Part shown: positions 38,501-52,200 of the stretch, in pieces
Layout: the number at the start of each line of letters is the position of its first letter
Numbering within the stretch: position 1 is the first letter of the stretch
NCBI GenBank assembly: GCA_050084985.1
Contig: JBITNC010000001.1
Coordinates: 70,494,001-70,558,000 of the forward strand
DNA from: Nageia nagi
Lineage: Eukaryota; Plantae; Pinophyta
Length of the DNA stretch: 64,000 nucleotides
Reading direction: 5' to 3'
Notes under the pieces: generated by a model
Told to the model about the DNA's origin: nothing
The model's input: only the letters and a program-made list of their open reading frames with translations
Databases searched by the model: none
Translations under genes and position numbers: made by a program

Positions 38501-39533
38501 AAACCTACCCCACTAAATGATAAACAAAAGGAATATTGCTTGTGTGAGGATAGCTTAGCACTACATTACTTTTATAGCAATTATGGATAGACTTTTCCTC
38601 ACAATCTGCTACTTTCATATGCATGGGGACTTTTAAAAAGTAGACCCATATATGTGATAGAATGCATACATGATAAATAGAATTAGGAGACTTCCTAAGC
38701 AAGCATATAACTAAAATTTATGATGTACAACTTGTGGGCAAAGATGAATGGTGTTAAAATCTAGGTCATATTTGTGTATGGTGTCTTGTACCCTCTTCAC
38801 TATTTGAAAATATTAGTTTATGGTTAGTATGCCATGGGTGGTTTTTTTTGTCAACACATTTAATAATAAATTAGACTAAACAACCACTCAAAGATATTGT
38901 TTAATAGCTATGTCTCCCCAAGTTATGGGCACAAGGATGCCAAACCACATGGTGAGCCTAACTGATAGTTATGGGTAGGCTAGTCACTCATATCCACCAC
39001 CAAGTGAGTCAAATGGGCATAGCAATAAAAAAAATACTATTACCAGGTGAGGGTAGCTAGTATTCATACCACTTATAGTTAATAGATAGGTATATGATGA
39101 TTGTTTTATAGGTGATGCTACCTGCTCATATGGAAGTTCACCTAGGAAAAACTATTTGCTCCTATAAGATGGAGATTTATCATTAGATGGAAATGCTAAC
39201 TTGGTGGAAGTGCGATCTCTCGGGTGGTATGGGCCCCAAGTAGAAAACCACAATGCTATGATTGGAAAGCTTATTACACATTAGACATGGAATAGGTATG
39301 GTGAGGTTACTTTTGAGGTGTCTTGTCAACAAGATGAGTGAATAGAAAAAATGTTTATTAGGGTTCATTACCCCAAGTTCTTGACCAATCTTGCCATATG
39401 AGTACTGAACTAGCTAAAAACATTATTAAGCTTAGGTTCATTTCTAAAATATCGATTACTAAACTAAATATATATTAAAAAGTAGGTTTAAAATTTAGGA
39501 TTTTGGTTGATGATAATAAGTGGATGAATTATA
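35527..39533. mobile_element. ~4-kb non-coding insertion, probable solo LTR of another family
   Basis: Absent from the 3' LTR; starts TATCACAACC (TGTCACA-like) and ends ...ATTATA. TSD is not clean. Confidence 0.6.
36560..37340. repeat. Tandem repeat, ~293-bp unit, ~2.7 copies
   Basis: GGATTTT..TTTGTTATT...TTTATTTAGATGT recurs at ~36572, ~36863 and ~37157. Confidence 0.9.
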
Positions 39534-39558
39534 AAAATGAAAAAGCAATTAACAAAAT

Positions 39559-39574
39559 TAGCAACTCTATTGGA
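39559..39574 (+). promoter_or_regulatory. Degenerate Tat/Ogre-type primer binding site
   Basis: TAGCAACTCTATTGGA 4 nt after the LTR end; matches TGGCGACTC..CTGGG after reversing transitions. Confidence 0.65.
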
Positions 39575-41598
39575 TAAGTGAGTCTGGAACTACCATTCAA
39601 CTAGTCAAAGCTAGTTTGGTGAATCTGAACTAAGTTAGTCACTTGGAAAGTGTTCTAGATACAAGTCAACATTGAAATTTACTATTTTTTAAAAAGAGAA
39701 CTTTTAAAAAAAATGTTGAAAAAATATGGTGAATTCTCATCCTAAATCTGCAAGATATCATGCTTTATAAAATCAATAGGTTAGGATAATTCAAAAGGAA
39801 ATAAGAAATAAGATTATATTTTTCAATGAATAAATCTTTAGTACTTTGGCTCAAAGTGAATAATAAATGTTTACTAGATCAAAAGATAGGTATATCATTC
39901 CTACACTTCAAATTGAGAACTAGAAAACTAGAAGATTTTTCCTTAGTAGGACCTTTAGAGTGAAGCAAATTCAAAGGTACAAAAGCCAATCAAACCATTA
40001 GGCACATTTGATGAAGAAAATATAATCATTTTAGGATATCATATAGAATCAAATGGTGAATCAGATAAGGAAGATTTAGTTGAGTTTAAAACTAACTTAT
40101 TACCTATCAAAATAAACTTGATACAATTATCTTTGCAATTTGTAGTTTTGGTAGGGGTTAATAGTATTTATTCAAGCATAAAAGAGTTAAGGTCAGTTCC
40201 TTAGATTTTTAAAATCATATCAAAATAATTATTGATTAGAAATCAAGAGAGAACTTTATCATCAAAAAATCAATGAAGCAACCAAGTTGTTAGAAGAGAT
40301 GTATATCTTTTTCACCTTGAGACAAAAGTTGGGTTGAATCTTGTTGATAACCAAGAAATAATCAAAAGAATTTTCTTGGAGAGATTTTGGAAACCATTGG
40401 GTATCCAATAGATGATAGTGATTTGGACGAAGAAGAATCAAATAATTAAAATTCAAAATTCATTCTTGATGTTGAATTTTGACCTTTGACATTTAATCCA
40501 AGAAATTCTTTGAGAACAAATCAAAGTCTAACAATGCTCATTAACTTTTGATTTATCAAAACTAGCTCATCTCAATATTAAAGACAAAGCACTTCATTTG
40601 TAAGCAAAGAATTTCATGAACTATATCATATTAAAACATATTACACTACTAGAAGCTGACACTTAGAAAAATTATGGTTAGAAATCATATCAATCATTCA
40701 CTATAAAATATTGAAAAGGTCAAAAAATAAGAGCTTTTTATTAGAACAACAATATTTAAGTCAAGCATTTCAAAGAGGGTTATATCTAAGATCACTTAGA
40801 GAAAGAACCAACTTAAACAAGCATGGTAGGGTTATAGATACACCAATCTATGAAGAGAAGGATATTGAAGAAACAATATACAATTTGATGTTAGAAGGGG
40901 AATTATAATAAGAAGAATTTTTCAATTATCAAATCAATTTTCTTTTACCCATTGAAAAAGATCAATCCATATCACAATTCCCTTGGTCTGAGAAATCAAA
41001 ATCTTACATATAGCTCTACAAAAATCAATATATTTTAAAGAAATTTCTACTTGGTCAAATATCATTTGCAAAGAACTTGATCTTCTAAAATTTTAGAAGA
41101 GATTTTTATTTGTTTTAAATTAGTAGACAAATTGTCTTGTTAAAACTAAAAGATAGTGAAAAAACTCAATAAATCATTATAGTAGAAATAATTAGATTAA
41201 GAGAATATCCTTTTGATAGTGATTTAGAGGAAGATAGTATTGAATTTATTAAATTTAGATAACTTATTCTTCCATTTGAAAAACATCTATTCATAAATTT
41301 AGATTTAACCAAATTTGAAGTTTCTTTTTCAAATTGGAAATTCCTCCTAGAAGAAAAACTCAAAGTTCATGATTAGTTGAAATACGTTCTTGGAATACAA
41401 CCTTATATAATTATAAATATACTTATGAAGGATTCAAAGAGAATAGATAAATACAAATCCAAATATTACACTATTAGAACAAGAAGCCCTACTCCATTAA
41501 GGAGTATATCACCTAAAAAATTTGAAACAAATATTGTAGGTTCTAAACCAAATATAGAAACACTAAGAATGGCTAAAAAAGGAAAAAAACTTCCATGA

Positions 41599-44500
41599 AT
41601 GTGGAAAAATAATTCAATACCTTTGAATTTACAAGGGGTAAGACATAACCTCCCAAAAGAAACTAGAGATCTTAATTTTTCAAGAGATCTATCTAGTAAT
41701 ATGATAGAAGAACTCCTTAAAAATTTCAATACTTATTGTGAGGTAAATGGGTTTGAACATGAAGATGTTGTAATACATATGTTTGTTAAAAATCTTATAG
41801 ATTCAACATTGCATTGCTATAATTCTCTCCCCAATGGATCAATTTCTAGTTGGGATGATCTATTAGATGCATTTCAATCAAGATTCAAAAGTCAAGTATT
41901 AGGGAAAAAATTAATCAATGAGCTTTTACATATAAAGAAAGAAGATAAAGAGTATATTCTACAACTCATAAATCATTTTAATAAAATATTTCAGAGAATC
42001 CCTAGGAACTTACAACTTGCTAATCTAGTTAAAAAAATGTTTCTTTTTTAATTCCCTAGATCCTGAGTTGGGATACATGGTAATAGTTTGTGAACCTAAG
42101 ACATGTCAAAATCTAGTATATAAAATAGGGTTTTAGGCATTAAAAAATTTTAGATCAAAAAAGAGGCAATTACAAGGATGAGAGGAAGACAATACTTATC
42201 CCTTTAGATAGACCAAAATATTCAACTCTAAATTCTTATTATAATCTTTGTAAGTATGGACATGATCCTAACAATTGTATTACTTTGAATATATTGTAGG
42301 AAATGATTTTAGAGAGTTAAGTATTATTGGGAAATAATGATCTAATCAAACAAGAAGAATTTGATTTGCTTCAAGAAGAAAATAACAAATATACACCATA
42401 AAAATTTCTTTTAGGATAATGATGAATCTTTTGAATGTTATACCATGAAAACTTGATCCCAAACAAAACTTTATACTTAATAGAAAGATAAATATCAAAT
42501 AAAATACAAAGAAATATAAATTGAATAGAGCAAGAAAGACTCTTCTAGTTCTAAATACAACATTGTAGTAGATTTATCTAAGAAGACAACCAATGTCTCA
42601 ATCTTATAAAGCTTACATAATAACCCCTAAGTCATGAAGGAACTCTTAGAGGTTATTAAACTTGCTAAAATATGTGTGAATCTAATCATGGGGAAAGCCA
42701 ATATTAGAGAACATGTTTATGTAGCTCATTAAAAAATGACTAGGCTCCCCCCATTTATATGTCTCTTTGGGTAAATATTAGAAAATTATGCAATTGTATC
42801 TTAGATTAGGGATCTCCAGATAATATTATGACTTTAAAAGTAGCTCATATTTTAAAATTAAATTATACTAAATATGAAAATTCTTGCTTCTAGATGGATT
42901 CATCCAATGTGAAGACAATTGGTAAAGTCAAAGATATCATCATCAACTTATCTGCATTCTCATCTAGAAATATTCTCATGAATATGTTAGTGTTTGATAT
43001 GCACATTACTTATGGGATGTTACTAGGGAGGATGTTTAGAGCCACTATGTGTAGTATGATTTCATTAGATTGGTATTTTGTACAAATGTTAGTCAAATAT
43101 ACATTGCAAATCCTTAAACTAGAAGCCAAACAAAAATGGGTAGTTGTATCTAAAGAAAATAAGTTTGAAGGGAACATTCAAAAGAGTCTCATACATGAAG
43201 TAAATTTACAAGAAAATAAATTGATATATTTTTTTCAAGATGTGAAAATTAGTTCATATCAAGATATTGAATAAGAGCTCAAAAGAGAAATAAATATCAT
43301 AAATTTGAATCATGAGTGGAAGATGTATTTTGATAATAGTAAATTTAGAGAAGGAAATGGAGCAGGTGTTATTTTCATTGTGCCTAATGGAGAAAAGAAA
43401 GTTTATTCAATGAGATTGAGCTTTCACTACACCAATAACATTATTGAATATGAAGCATTATATAAAGGATTAAATATAGCAAAGAAAGAGTTACATATTC
43501 AAAATTTGATTTATTTCAGGGATACAAAATTAATTATCAAATAGGTTAAAAATCAATTTTAGACTAAGAACCCTAAGTTGCAAGATTACAAATATCTTAT
43601 TTAGGATATGACCAAAACCTTTGATTTTTTCAACATAACTACTATTACTCAAAACCAAAATTCTCAAGTAGACACTTTAGCTATATTAGCTTCTATGATA
43701 AAACCAAACCCCTCTCTTAGATTAGGGCATTACTAGATTGAGTTAATTTTTAGGCCAATTGTACCAAATAACATTGAACATTGGTAAGCTTTTAATTTTG
43801 CTAGATAACTCTTATGTTTCCTACAATGCATAGAATAATATTCAATAAGCTTTATGGAATCAAATAAAGTACTGCAATTGGAATTGAATAGAATCCCTTC
43901 CAGAATGATTAAACTAGAGAATCTCTATGATCAAAATGATCACTTCAATCATTAGAGTTTAATCAAAGAGATATCTAAGACTATGATAAATTTTGATCTA
44001 AATCCAAATAGAACACCATAGTAAGTTTTTATTAGCATTGGGTACACTTTAAATGAGTGAGAAGAATTGATTAAAGCATTCAAAATACTTAAGAGTATTT
44101 TTTCTTGGAACTATTATGACTTAAAAGGATTTTTAGCATATTATCCCTGAAGATTCAATCCAAAAATTGAATAAATGATCAAAAAGAAAGTAGAAAAGAT
44201 GCTAGCTTCACATATCATTTATCTAATCAGACATTCTTATTAGGTAGGTAACATTATTCTAGTTCAAAAGAAAATGGATATATCAAAATATGTATCAAAA
44301 TTTGAAATCTCAACTTGACATCCATTAAAGATAATTACTAGTTTCCCATAATGGATCATCCTTTACAAATTGTCAATGGATCTAAAATATTTTCATTATT
44401 AGATGGTTATTCTAGTTACAAATAGATTTGGCTCGTAGAGGAAGATCATTTAAAATAGCATTCACCATGCCTTTGGGTACATTTTCTTACAAGAGGATGC

Positions 44501-46380
44501 CATTCAAATTAACCAATACATGAGCTACCTTTGAGAGAGATATGAATTTCAATTTGAAAGATCCAATCAATAAAATTATTATTATATATTTGGATGATAT
44601 GATAATATTTTTAAAGCAAAAAGAAGACTATGTGAAACACATTGTTCAAGTGTTAGAGATATGTAAAGAGTTTGGGATGTCATTAAACCTAAAGAAATCT
44701 ATTTTTAGGGTCATTGAAGGGAAACATTTAGGACACATCATCTTTAAAGATGATACTTGTATCGATCTATAATGAGTAATTGCTATCAATAAACCTCATT
44801 TAATGATAAGTAGAAAATCTCTACCATCATTCTTTGGAAAGGTAAATTTCTTAAGAAGATTTGTTCCAAACATTGCACAAATCATGTTTTCTTTAAGTAA
44901 AATGCTGAAACAAAATGTATAATTTAAATGGTCTAATGAAGGAAAGTTGGCATTTGAAAATATTAAAGAAGCTCTTGCAAGCATGCCTACTATAGTGAAG
45001 CCCTATTTTAGTAAGCCTTTCAAAATGTACACTTATGCATCAAACATATGGTTTCGTCAATATTAACACAAGTGAATGATAAAAATAAATAACATTTGAC
45101 TACTTTCATGATTCATGCTCTGAAAAGTGCATAAGAGAAATACATCTTCTTGGAAAAATAAGCATTTGCTATAGTCAAGGTAGTGAGGAATTTCAAGGTC
45201 TATATTTTTGGACAATAGGTTACCATGTTGACACTATACTTAGCCGTAAAATCCATTTTGACATAGGTAGAATTAGGTGTTCTTAGTTGTTATTAGATAG
45301 CTAAAGTGGAAGAACATAATTTTGTTTTCAATCTAATTAGGTTGGTTAGAGGAAGAGGATTATGCAAACTCATTTCAAATCTTTCTCCCTTAGAAGATGA
45401 TTAATAAGCCCAAGCACTAAATATTATGACTAATGAGGAAAATTAGTTTGATGATATTTCAAAATATCTAAAGATGGGACATACACCAAAACATCTATCA
45501 TTCAATGCAAAATGAGCTCTCAAATTGAAATCAAGGAATTATTGTTTGCATGACAATATTCTTTTTCTAAATTTTTTGATGGTATTTTATTAAGGTGTAT
45601 TGAAAATGAACAAATTCCTAAAGTCCTCAAAGAATTTCATGATGGAGTTTGTGTAGACATTTTTCTCTTACCATAAATAGATATAAAATAATTAAGGTTA
45701 GATACTATTGCGAGACTATGTTTCAAGATTGTAACGAATATGTCCATAGTTATTTGGAGTATCAAAAATTTACTAGAAGAAAGAAGTTTAGAACTACCCC
45801 TTTGAAATCAACTATAGTTGATGCCCCATTTGCTAAATAGGGAATTAATTTTGTAGGGCATTTTAAACCTCTATCTAGTAAAGGTCATATGTTTATGTTT
45901 ACAATTGTTGATTACTTCCCCAAGTGGGTAGAAGTCATACCTACTTTTCCAAAAAAATTTATAGTTTTCATCATCATTGATAATGCTAAATGTTTTGATT
46001 GCATTGAAATTACCAATTATTCTTTAGAATATAATATTCTAGTTCAACTAGTCTCAAATTATTACCCTAAGGGAAATTGTCTTATTGAATCAATGAACAA
46101 TAATATGAGATGAATCATTACTAGAATTTTTTGTCTCAAAATGAGAAATTGGGATAATAAATTGAATTTTACTCTTTGGGTAGATCAAATCACACCTATA
46201 ATTAACCAAATATTTCTCATTTCATCTAGTTTATGGTAGGGAAGCTATCCTTCCAATCCAACTGGAAAGTACTAGTTTAAAGCTTATAGAAAACATCAAA
46301 CAAAAGGAACCTTTGACCAATAGGCACTTTGAATTGATTGAACTAGAATAAAATAGAGAACAAGCCTTGAAAAATTAAAT
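41599..46380 (+). pseudogene. Tat gag-pol pseudogene, order gag-PR-aRH-RT-RH-INT
   Basis: Gag EHEDVVIHMFVKNL...LPNGSISSW (41599..42051); protease ...YGMLLGR (~42790-43030); aRH WKMYFDNSKFREGNGAGV...TNNIIEYEAL (43305..43544); RT IYLDDMIIF (~44590); RNase H ~45000-45350; integrase VDYFPKWVEVIP, YYPKGNCLIES. Confidence 0.9.
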
Positions 46381-49224
46381 AAAAAGATAAAAAAAATGCA
46401 AATGATAAAAAATATCATAAAGTTTTTTGTATTTTTTCAATAATTGTGATTTGATCAACTTAATATTTTAAAGATTTATCTTTCCTTCCAAGTTTTTATA
46501 CCGGTAATTCTCTTAGAATTTATCTAAAAATCAAAGAGGTTTTTATGAGATGATTTCTTTGAAGTTATTTTATTCTCTTTTCAACCATAAAATACCTCAA
46601 GGTTTCTTCTAAGTTGTTAATATTTAAACTTCCTAAGACTCAATTTCATAATATTGGACCCTAAAAAGAAATTGATGATATGGGAAAATTGGAGAAGTCT
46701 TATGAATAATACTAATGTAATAATGATTTTCCATTGATCTTCTTCTTAATCTAGCTATGATAATTCAAAATGTTGGAATGGATGATGAAAGTTTTGTTTC
46801 TTTCCAAATTTATTTTTTTGACTTTGTTAAGATTGAGAAAATAAAAGATAAAAAAAAATGAATGATCAAAAATAAAAAAATAAGAAAAATAAAGATGAAA
46901 AATATTCTCGACTCTCAAAGAAATTCCATCGGAGCTATAGATGCTTGCTAGTAGTATGAGCAATTCTTCAAAGTCAAAGGTATCCCTATTGGGGCATAAA
47001 TGCATGTTATAAGTAGAGGCAATCCTATTATAAATAGGTACTAAAAATATATATAGGTAAAATATACATAGGGCCAAATTAACAAGAAAGAAATGTTGGA
47101 TTAGTATAAAAAAATACATTTTGAGTTCAATATTAGCAATGATGATTGCATAGTTTGTTATCATGATATTTAGAAATTATTTTTAAAATAGCATTCTTAG
47201 ATAGGTTATCTGATTAACTTATACCTTCTATTTCTTTTCAAGGATTATCCAATAAATTATTTATCAAGAGGATTAGGAAGATTTTAATTAAGGAGATTCC
47301 TATAATTTTTTTTGTATTGATGGATTATGAGATAATTTTCTAAGTTTCCCACATCTCATGAAAAACTTCTATCATTTTAAAACTATACAAGAGAATGAAT
47401 GGAAATTATTAGGAAGGATTTTTATTTTCCAAAAATGAAATATTTTATTTCTCTAATCATAATCAACATGTTGTTGTTTTTCTAAAAATTGATGGCAATG
47501 GTAACTAGAGATGCTAGGATCTTTTGTCTAACCAAGGCAAGACATCCCCAAATAGAGCCAGTGTTATCACCCAATTTTTTATCAATACTTTTTTCATTTT
47601 TTCCTTGAGTTAGGTATCTAGGAAAAATTTATTATTTCCCTTAATAAATAAAAAATACATAAAATTAAATAATCCAAAACATAAAAATAACAATTTTTAA
47701 ATCTCACATCTTTTTTCATCAATAAAAAGAGGTTGGACTATTGGGTAGTATCTTTCACCTTAGAGGCAAGTGCATATCCTATACATTGACATGGAAATCA
47801 ATTTCTCTAAAATCATTAAATAACATCCTCTAATTTTGATCATAAGCACCTATCCTTGATATGAGTAGAATTTGATCCTACTCAACCATTGAATCAAGAG
47901 CATCAAAATCCCATTTTTGAAGCCATGCGTTCATTCTAGACACTAAAAAGTGGAATTTGGTTCTCACTATGACCCAAAAGCCAAAAGGGTTCTCATTTCC
48001 AAAATTAGAGAGAAAAGTGATAAATTTTGACTATCTATATGATTTATTCAATTGCATTAAGTTTAGAACATACTTGGGTAGGACTAAGGGCTTTTCCCAT
48101 TATTGTCTCCTCTTTCATCTTAACATAGCTTGACTAAGGAATTAATTTTGGTTGCATCCATATAGAAGTATACCTTTTTATGATTAAAGCATTTATTAGG
48201 GTTGTAATGAATTTCCTTTTAAATTACTGTGATAAGGAGATTTCTCTCTAGTTGCATCGGGTTGATATTATACTTGAAGCAACTAAGGCTAGCCCTAGGT
48301 CGCATTAACTCTAACTCCTAGTCAATTTTACCAAAGATGGCCTACTAATTCTCTTGGTCCAACAATATAGGAAGAAGAATCACGAGATGCTACCATATGT
48401 CCATTCCAACCCAATGTGCTTATAAATACCATGATCCACTTATCATTTTTCATCTAGTGCTTTATTCATCCTTTTGTTAGAGCATGTAGAGCCTTAAGTT
48501 GGAGTGAGTTGGAGATAGCCTTCTTTGTGCCAAGTTGAGTGTAAATGGGAAGATACTGAAGTGGTCATGGTGAGTTGATTTTTTACTAAAAGTTACTAAC
48601 ATTATCATAGTGTGTTGGAGTCCAAGCCAAAGCAACTAAGGTTAAAACCTTTATCACATCCAATTTCTTGCCTTTTTCTTTGCATGACTAAGGAGTCCTA
48701 ATCAAGTCTAGTTTGGATTTAGCCTGAACAAAATGTTTCTTTTGTCACATCATCTTGAATTTTAAACTAAAGTAACTAAGTTAAAACCTCATTGTAACAT
48801 TGACATGAACCTAACCTCAAAGTGACTAAGTTAAAATCTTTTATCACTTTGAACTTGATGTTAACTATGGAACGACTAAGTTAAATTCCTTTATCGCATT
48901 ATTTTGGAAACTTAGTAAGAAAGACTAAGTTAAATTCTATTATCGCATGAATATGGAATTTACCTTGATGCAAACATGGAATATTTCATTATCACACCAT
49001 TTAATTCTTCCTTTTGAAGCAAACAAGGAGTTATAATTGTTGCACCATTTTAACCTTCATATCAAAGTGACTTAGAAATTTTTGTTGGTCACACCCACTT
49101 GGACTTTTAACCCGATGCAACTAAAGAAAAATAAATAGTTTTAAGAAAATGAAATTTTTGATTAAATTAAGATTTTTTTCTTATCTCAAAATGATGGCTA
49201 ATCAAGTTTTTTTCATTTTACATG

Positions 49225-52200
49225 ATGAACAAGGTAAAGAAGGATGTAGGTGCCTATTCTTAGCTAACCAAGAGCAACTTTATTGAATTAAAGAAAGATG
49301 GTAAAACCAAATTGAGAGCCCCCTATTATGGTAGACTCAAGAATATTAGAGATCTAAAGTGGAATCATATGAACCCTATGTTCATATTAAGAGAAGCCAA
49401 GGGGATCTTGAAATAAGTTGAGGAGAAAGATATACTTCATTTATTAGGACTCTTTGAAGTTATTGTTATACCTTTCTCAATAAATTTCCTCAGGTTGGTG
49501 ATGGAAGTTGCAACATATTAACTTTGATAAAAGGGTTACTATTAATGTTGAGGGTAAAGTTATTACTAATTTAACCAAAGAAGGTATTAAGAAAGAAAGG
49601 GGGTGGTATAATCATGATATTATCTTTACTTAGGAAGATATCGATCAAAGGTATGAATAATACACTAATAGACATAGACCTAGTGACTTCATCCAATCTA
49701 CATTAAAACCAAAGAATCATGGGATGGATCATTAGGTTGTAATGAAAGAACAAATATTCTTCTTTCAAGACACAAAAAATAAGGAAATTAGTTTCCTTTA
49801 TATAATTCTCAAGAAATCTTCAAATTTTAAATTTGAGAAGGATTTGTTTAGTTTCATCTCTAAAGTGAACAAAGGAGAAAGTATCCATTGGAGCCAAGTT
49901 ATCAATGATAGAATGATGAATTAGTTTAATAAACTAAAGAAAATAAAAAATTTCTTCTATGTGTCCTATCTATTTTTCCTACTTGTTAAAGGGAACACTC
50001 AACCTTGTACCCATGGCATCAAAAAGGTCATCTATAATCAGAAGGCTACAATCTACATGGCCTATCTAAAATTTCATTAAGTAGAGGAATGGAGGTACAT
50101 TCATATGAGAACTAATAAGTGGGAGTATGCAATCATAAAATAATTTAAATGGGTTCAACATGCCCCTAGTATTTCCATTGAGATAGTTGATTTTTTGAAG
50201 AGATTTTTTAAATTTTATCTTGAAGAGTTTGATAGTTCCTATATCAAGTTTTTGATGTTGATATGGTCCCTCTCAAACTACCACATTACCTTAGAGATAA
50301 AATGGTGTTCCTTGAATTTGTGATTATATATATATTACTTTCATGAGAAATTTTCTACAGAGAAGAAAGAGGTACCCATCAAGATGCCTATTACTCTCTC
50401 TTGGTATTGTTGTAATAATTGGTAGGAAGTAGAGATGATCAAGTGTGGAATTAAAGGATACAATTTTGAGAGTCATGTATTCAAGATAAATTATGATTCA
50501 ACTAGTGTAGTTAATAGATTTTACCAAATATTTCACACTAACTATGAATACCACTCTCATGGTGATATTGAAAGATATAGAAATGTTTGTTTATAATTGG
50601 AAATTCAAAGGATTTATAAACAACTAAAACAAGAGGAAAGAAAATAAAAGAAAGAAGTGGCCAAAGTTAAAAACCACAAAAGCCTCCCTCAACCACCTAT
50701 AGCTCAGTAAATAGTTGAGCAAGATTTAACCAAGGATCTTGATTTTAATTGGTTTAATTCAATGCAAGGAGTTGATGTTTTAAAGATAATAAATGCACCT
50801 ATTCCAAATATTCTAACATATGAGGTTGTAGAACCATGAGATGTCAAGCACCTAATGTTGTATTTTGAAAGTGGAGAAAGTAGATGCACTGCTAGTCCTG
50901 GTGGATATTCTTCTTCTAGCAACAACTCTTTATAGAGCTCTAACAACTTTGATTATGATGATCAATTGAAATTAGGTAGCAATGATAATAGGTCAAGAAG
51001 TTGTAGTAGAAGTAAAGAAAATCAAATATAAATGAAGAGAATTATGAAGGTCATATGGAGGTCACTTTAGATGATAAGGAATAAAAAATAATATTTTTAA
51101 TTAGGTATAATAATGAGGAATCAAAATAATAAAGTCTATAATTAGGTATCTAAGATAAGATTAAATACCTAGAAGCATTTATTTAATATCCTTTAATGTT
51201 TATAATTATCTTGTAATACCATGTCCTCAATATCATATGCATATTACCATATTATTCTTTGTAATATTTCCTATTTAAAGGCCTATTTTGTAATAAAATG
51301 TATTTTGAATTTTAATTTCATATCATTGGTACCAAAGAATGGTTTTACACTATGACCTTACTCTTAGATTTCTTTATGTGAGATCTAAGGGGGGATTATA
51401 TTCACACCAATGATCTCTCCCTACCATCATCATGATTTTGGTTAGATATAATACTCTCCTCATTTCTTTGGTCTTCTTTCCATCTCTTGGAATAAGTGAA
51501 TCCAAGGGAGAGGCCATTGAGTTGAGGTTGCTATTCTTCATATCGATTCTACATAAATACATTTTGGTGATGATGAAAAAAAAATATTTTAATGGTTCTA
51601 ATGGGATGAAATTTTGTATGTGAATTATACACATCTATTCCTTTCCAATGGTATAAAGAAATTGCAAAATGGAGTTGTAGATCAAAAGTTATGGCTTCTA
51701 CAAGTTGCCTATTTTTATAGGGATAGTAGCTACATTTTTTAGGGGGAGATAATTGGATAAAATGTAATGGGTGGTTTTAGCCCATATTTTTATGCTCATT
51801 GAAGGTTTTATATTCATAAAAATTTAGACCTCTTTTTGATGCTAACTCATCATTTATTGGTATCCATTGGGCATCATGGCAAAATCAAAATTGTAATTAA
51901 TTGTGTAATTTTCACCTTTGAAGGAATTTTTGTCATAACTTCTTCCTCAGATCTCCATTTGGTATTGCATCAATTTTGTTGGCTTGATCACTTCAAGAGC
52001 TTTGCAATGAGTTGTTGCATGGTATAGTTTGCCTCTTTATATTCCATGTGATTACCATTCATTTATGTTGGGTTTACTTCATTAATTATTTTTCATTAAT
52101 TAATGAAATATTAATAATGTTGCATCTTTATCATCTGAAGTTTGATTTTGAATTTGTTTGAAGCATTGTTTTTCAACTTTTGAACTCTTCCTTCTAACAT

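Larger units (their letters stand above)
30242..39554 (+). repeat. 5' LTR of the Tat element (~5.3 kb; interrupted near its end by a ~4-kb insertion)
   Basis: 30242-~35525 is colinear with 47562-~55535; the missing terminus reappears as GAAAAAGCAATTAACA at 39539-39554. Confidence 0.85.
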
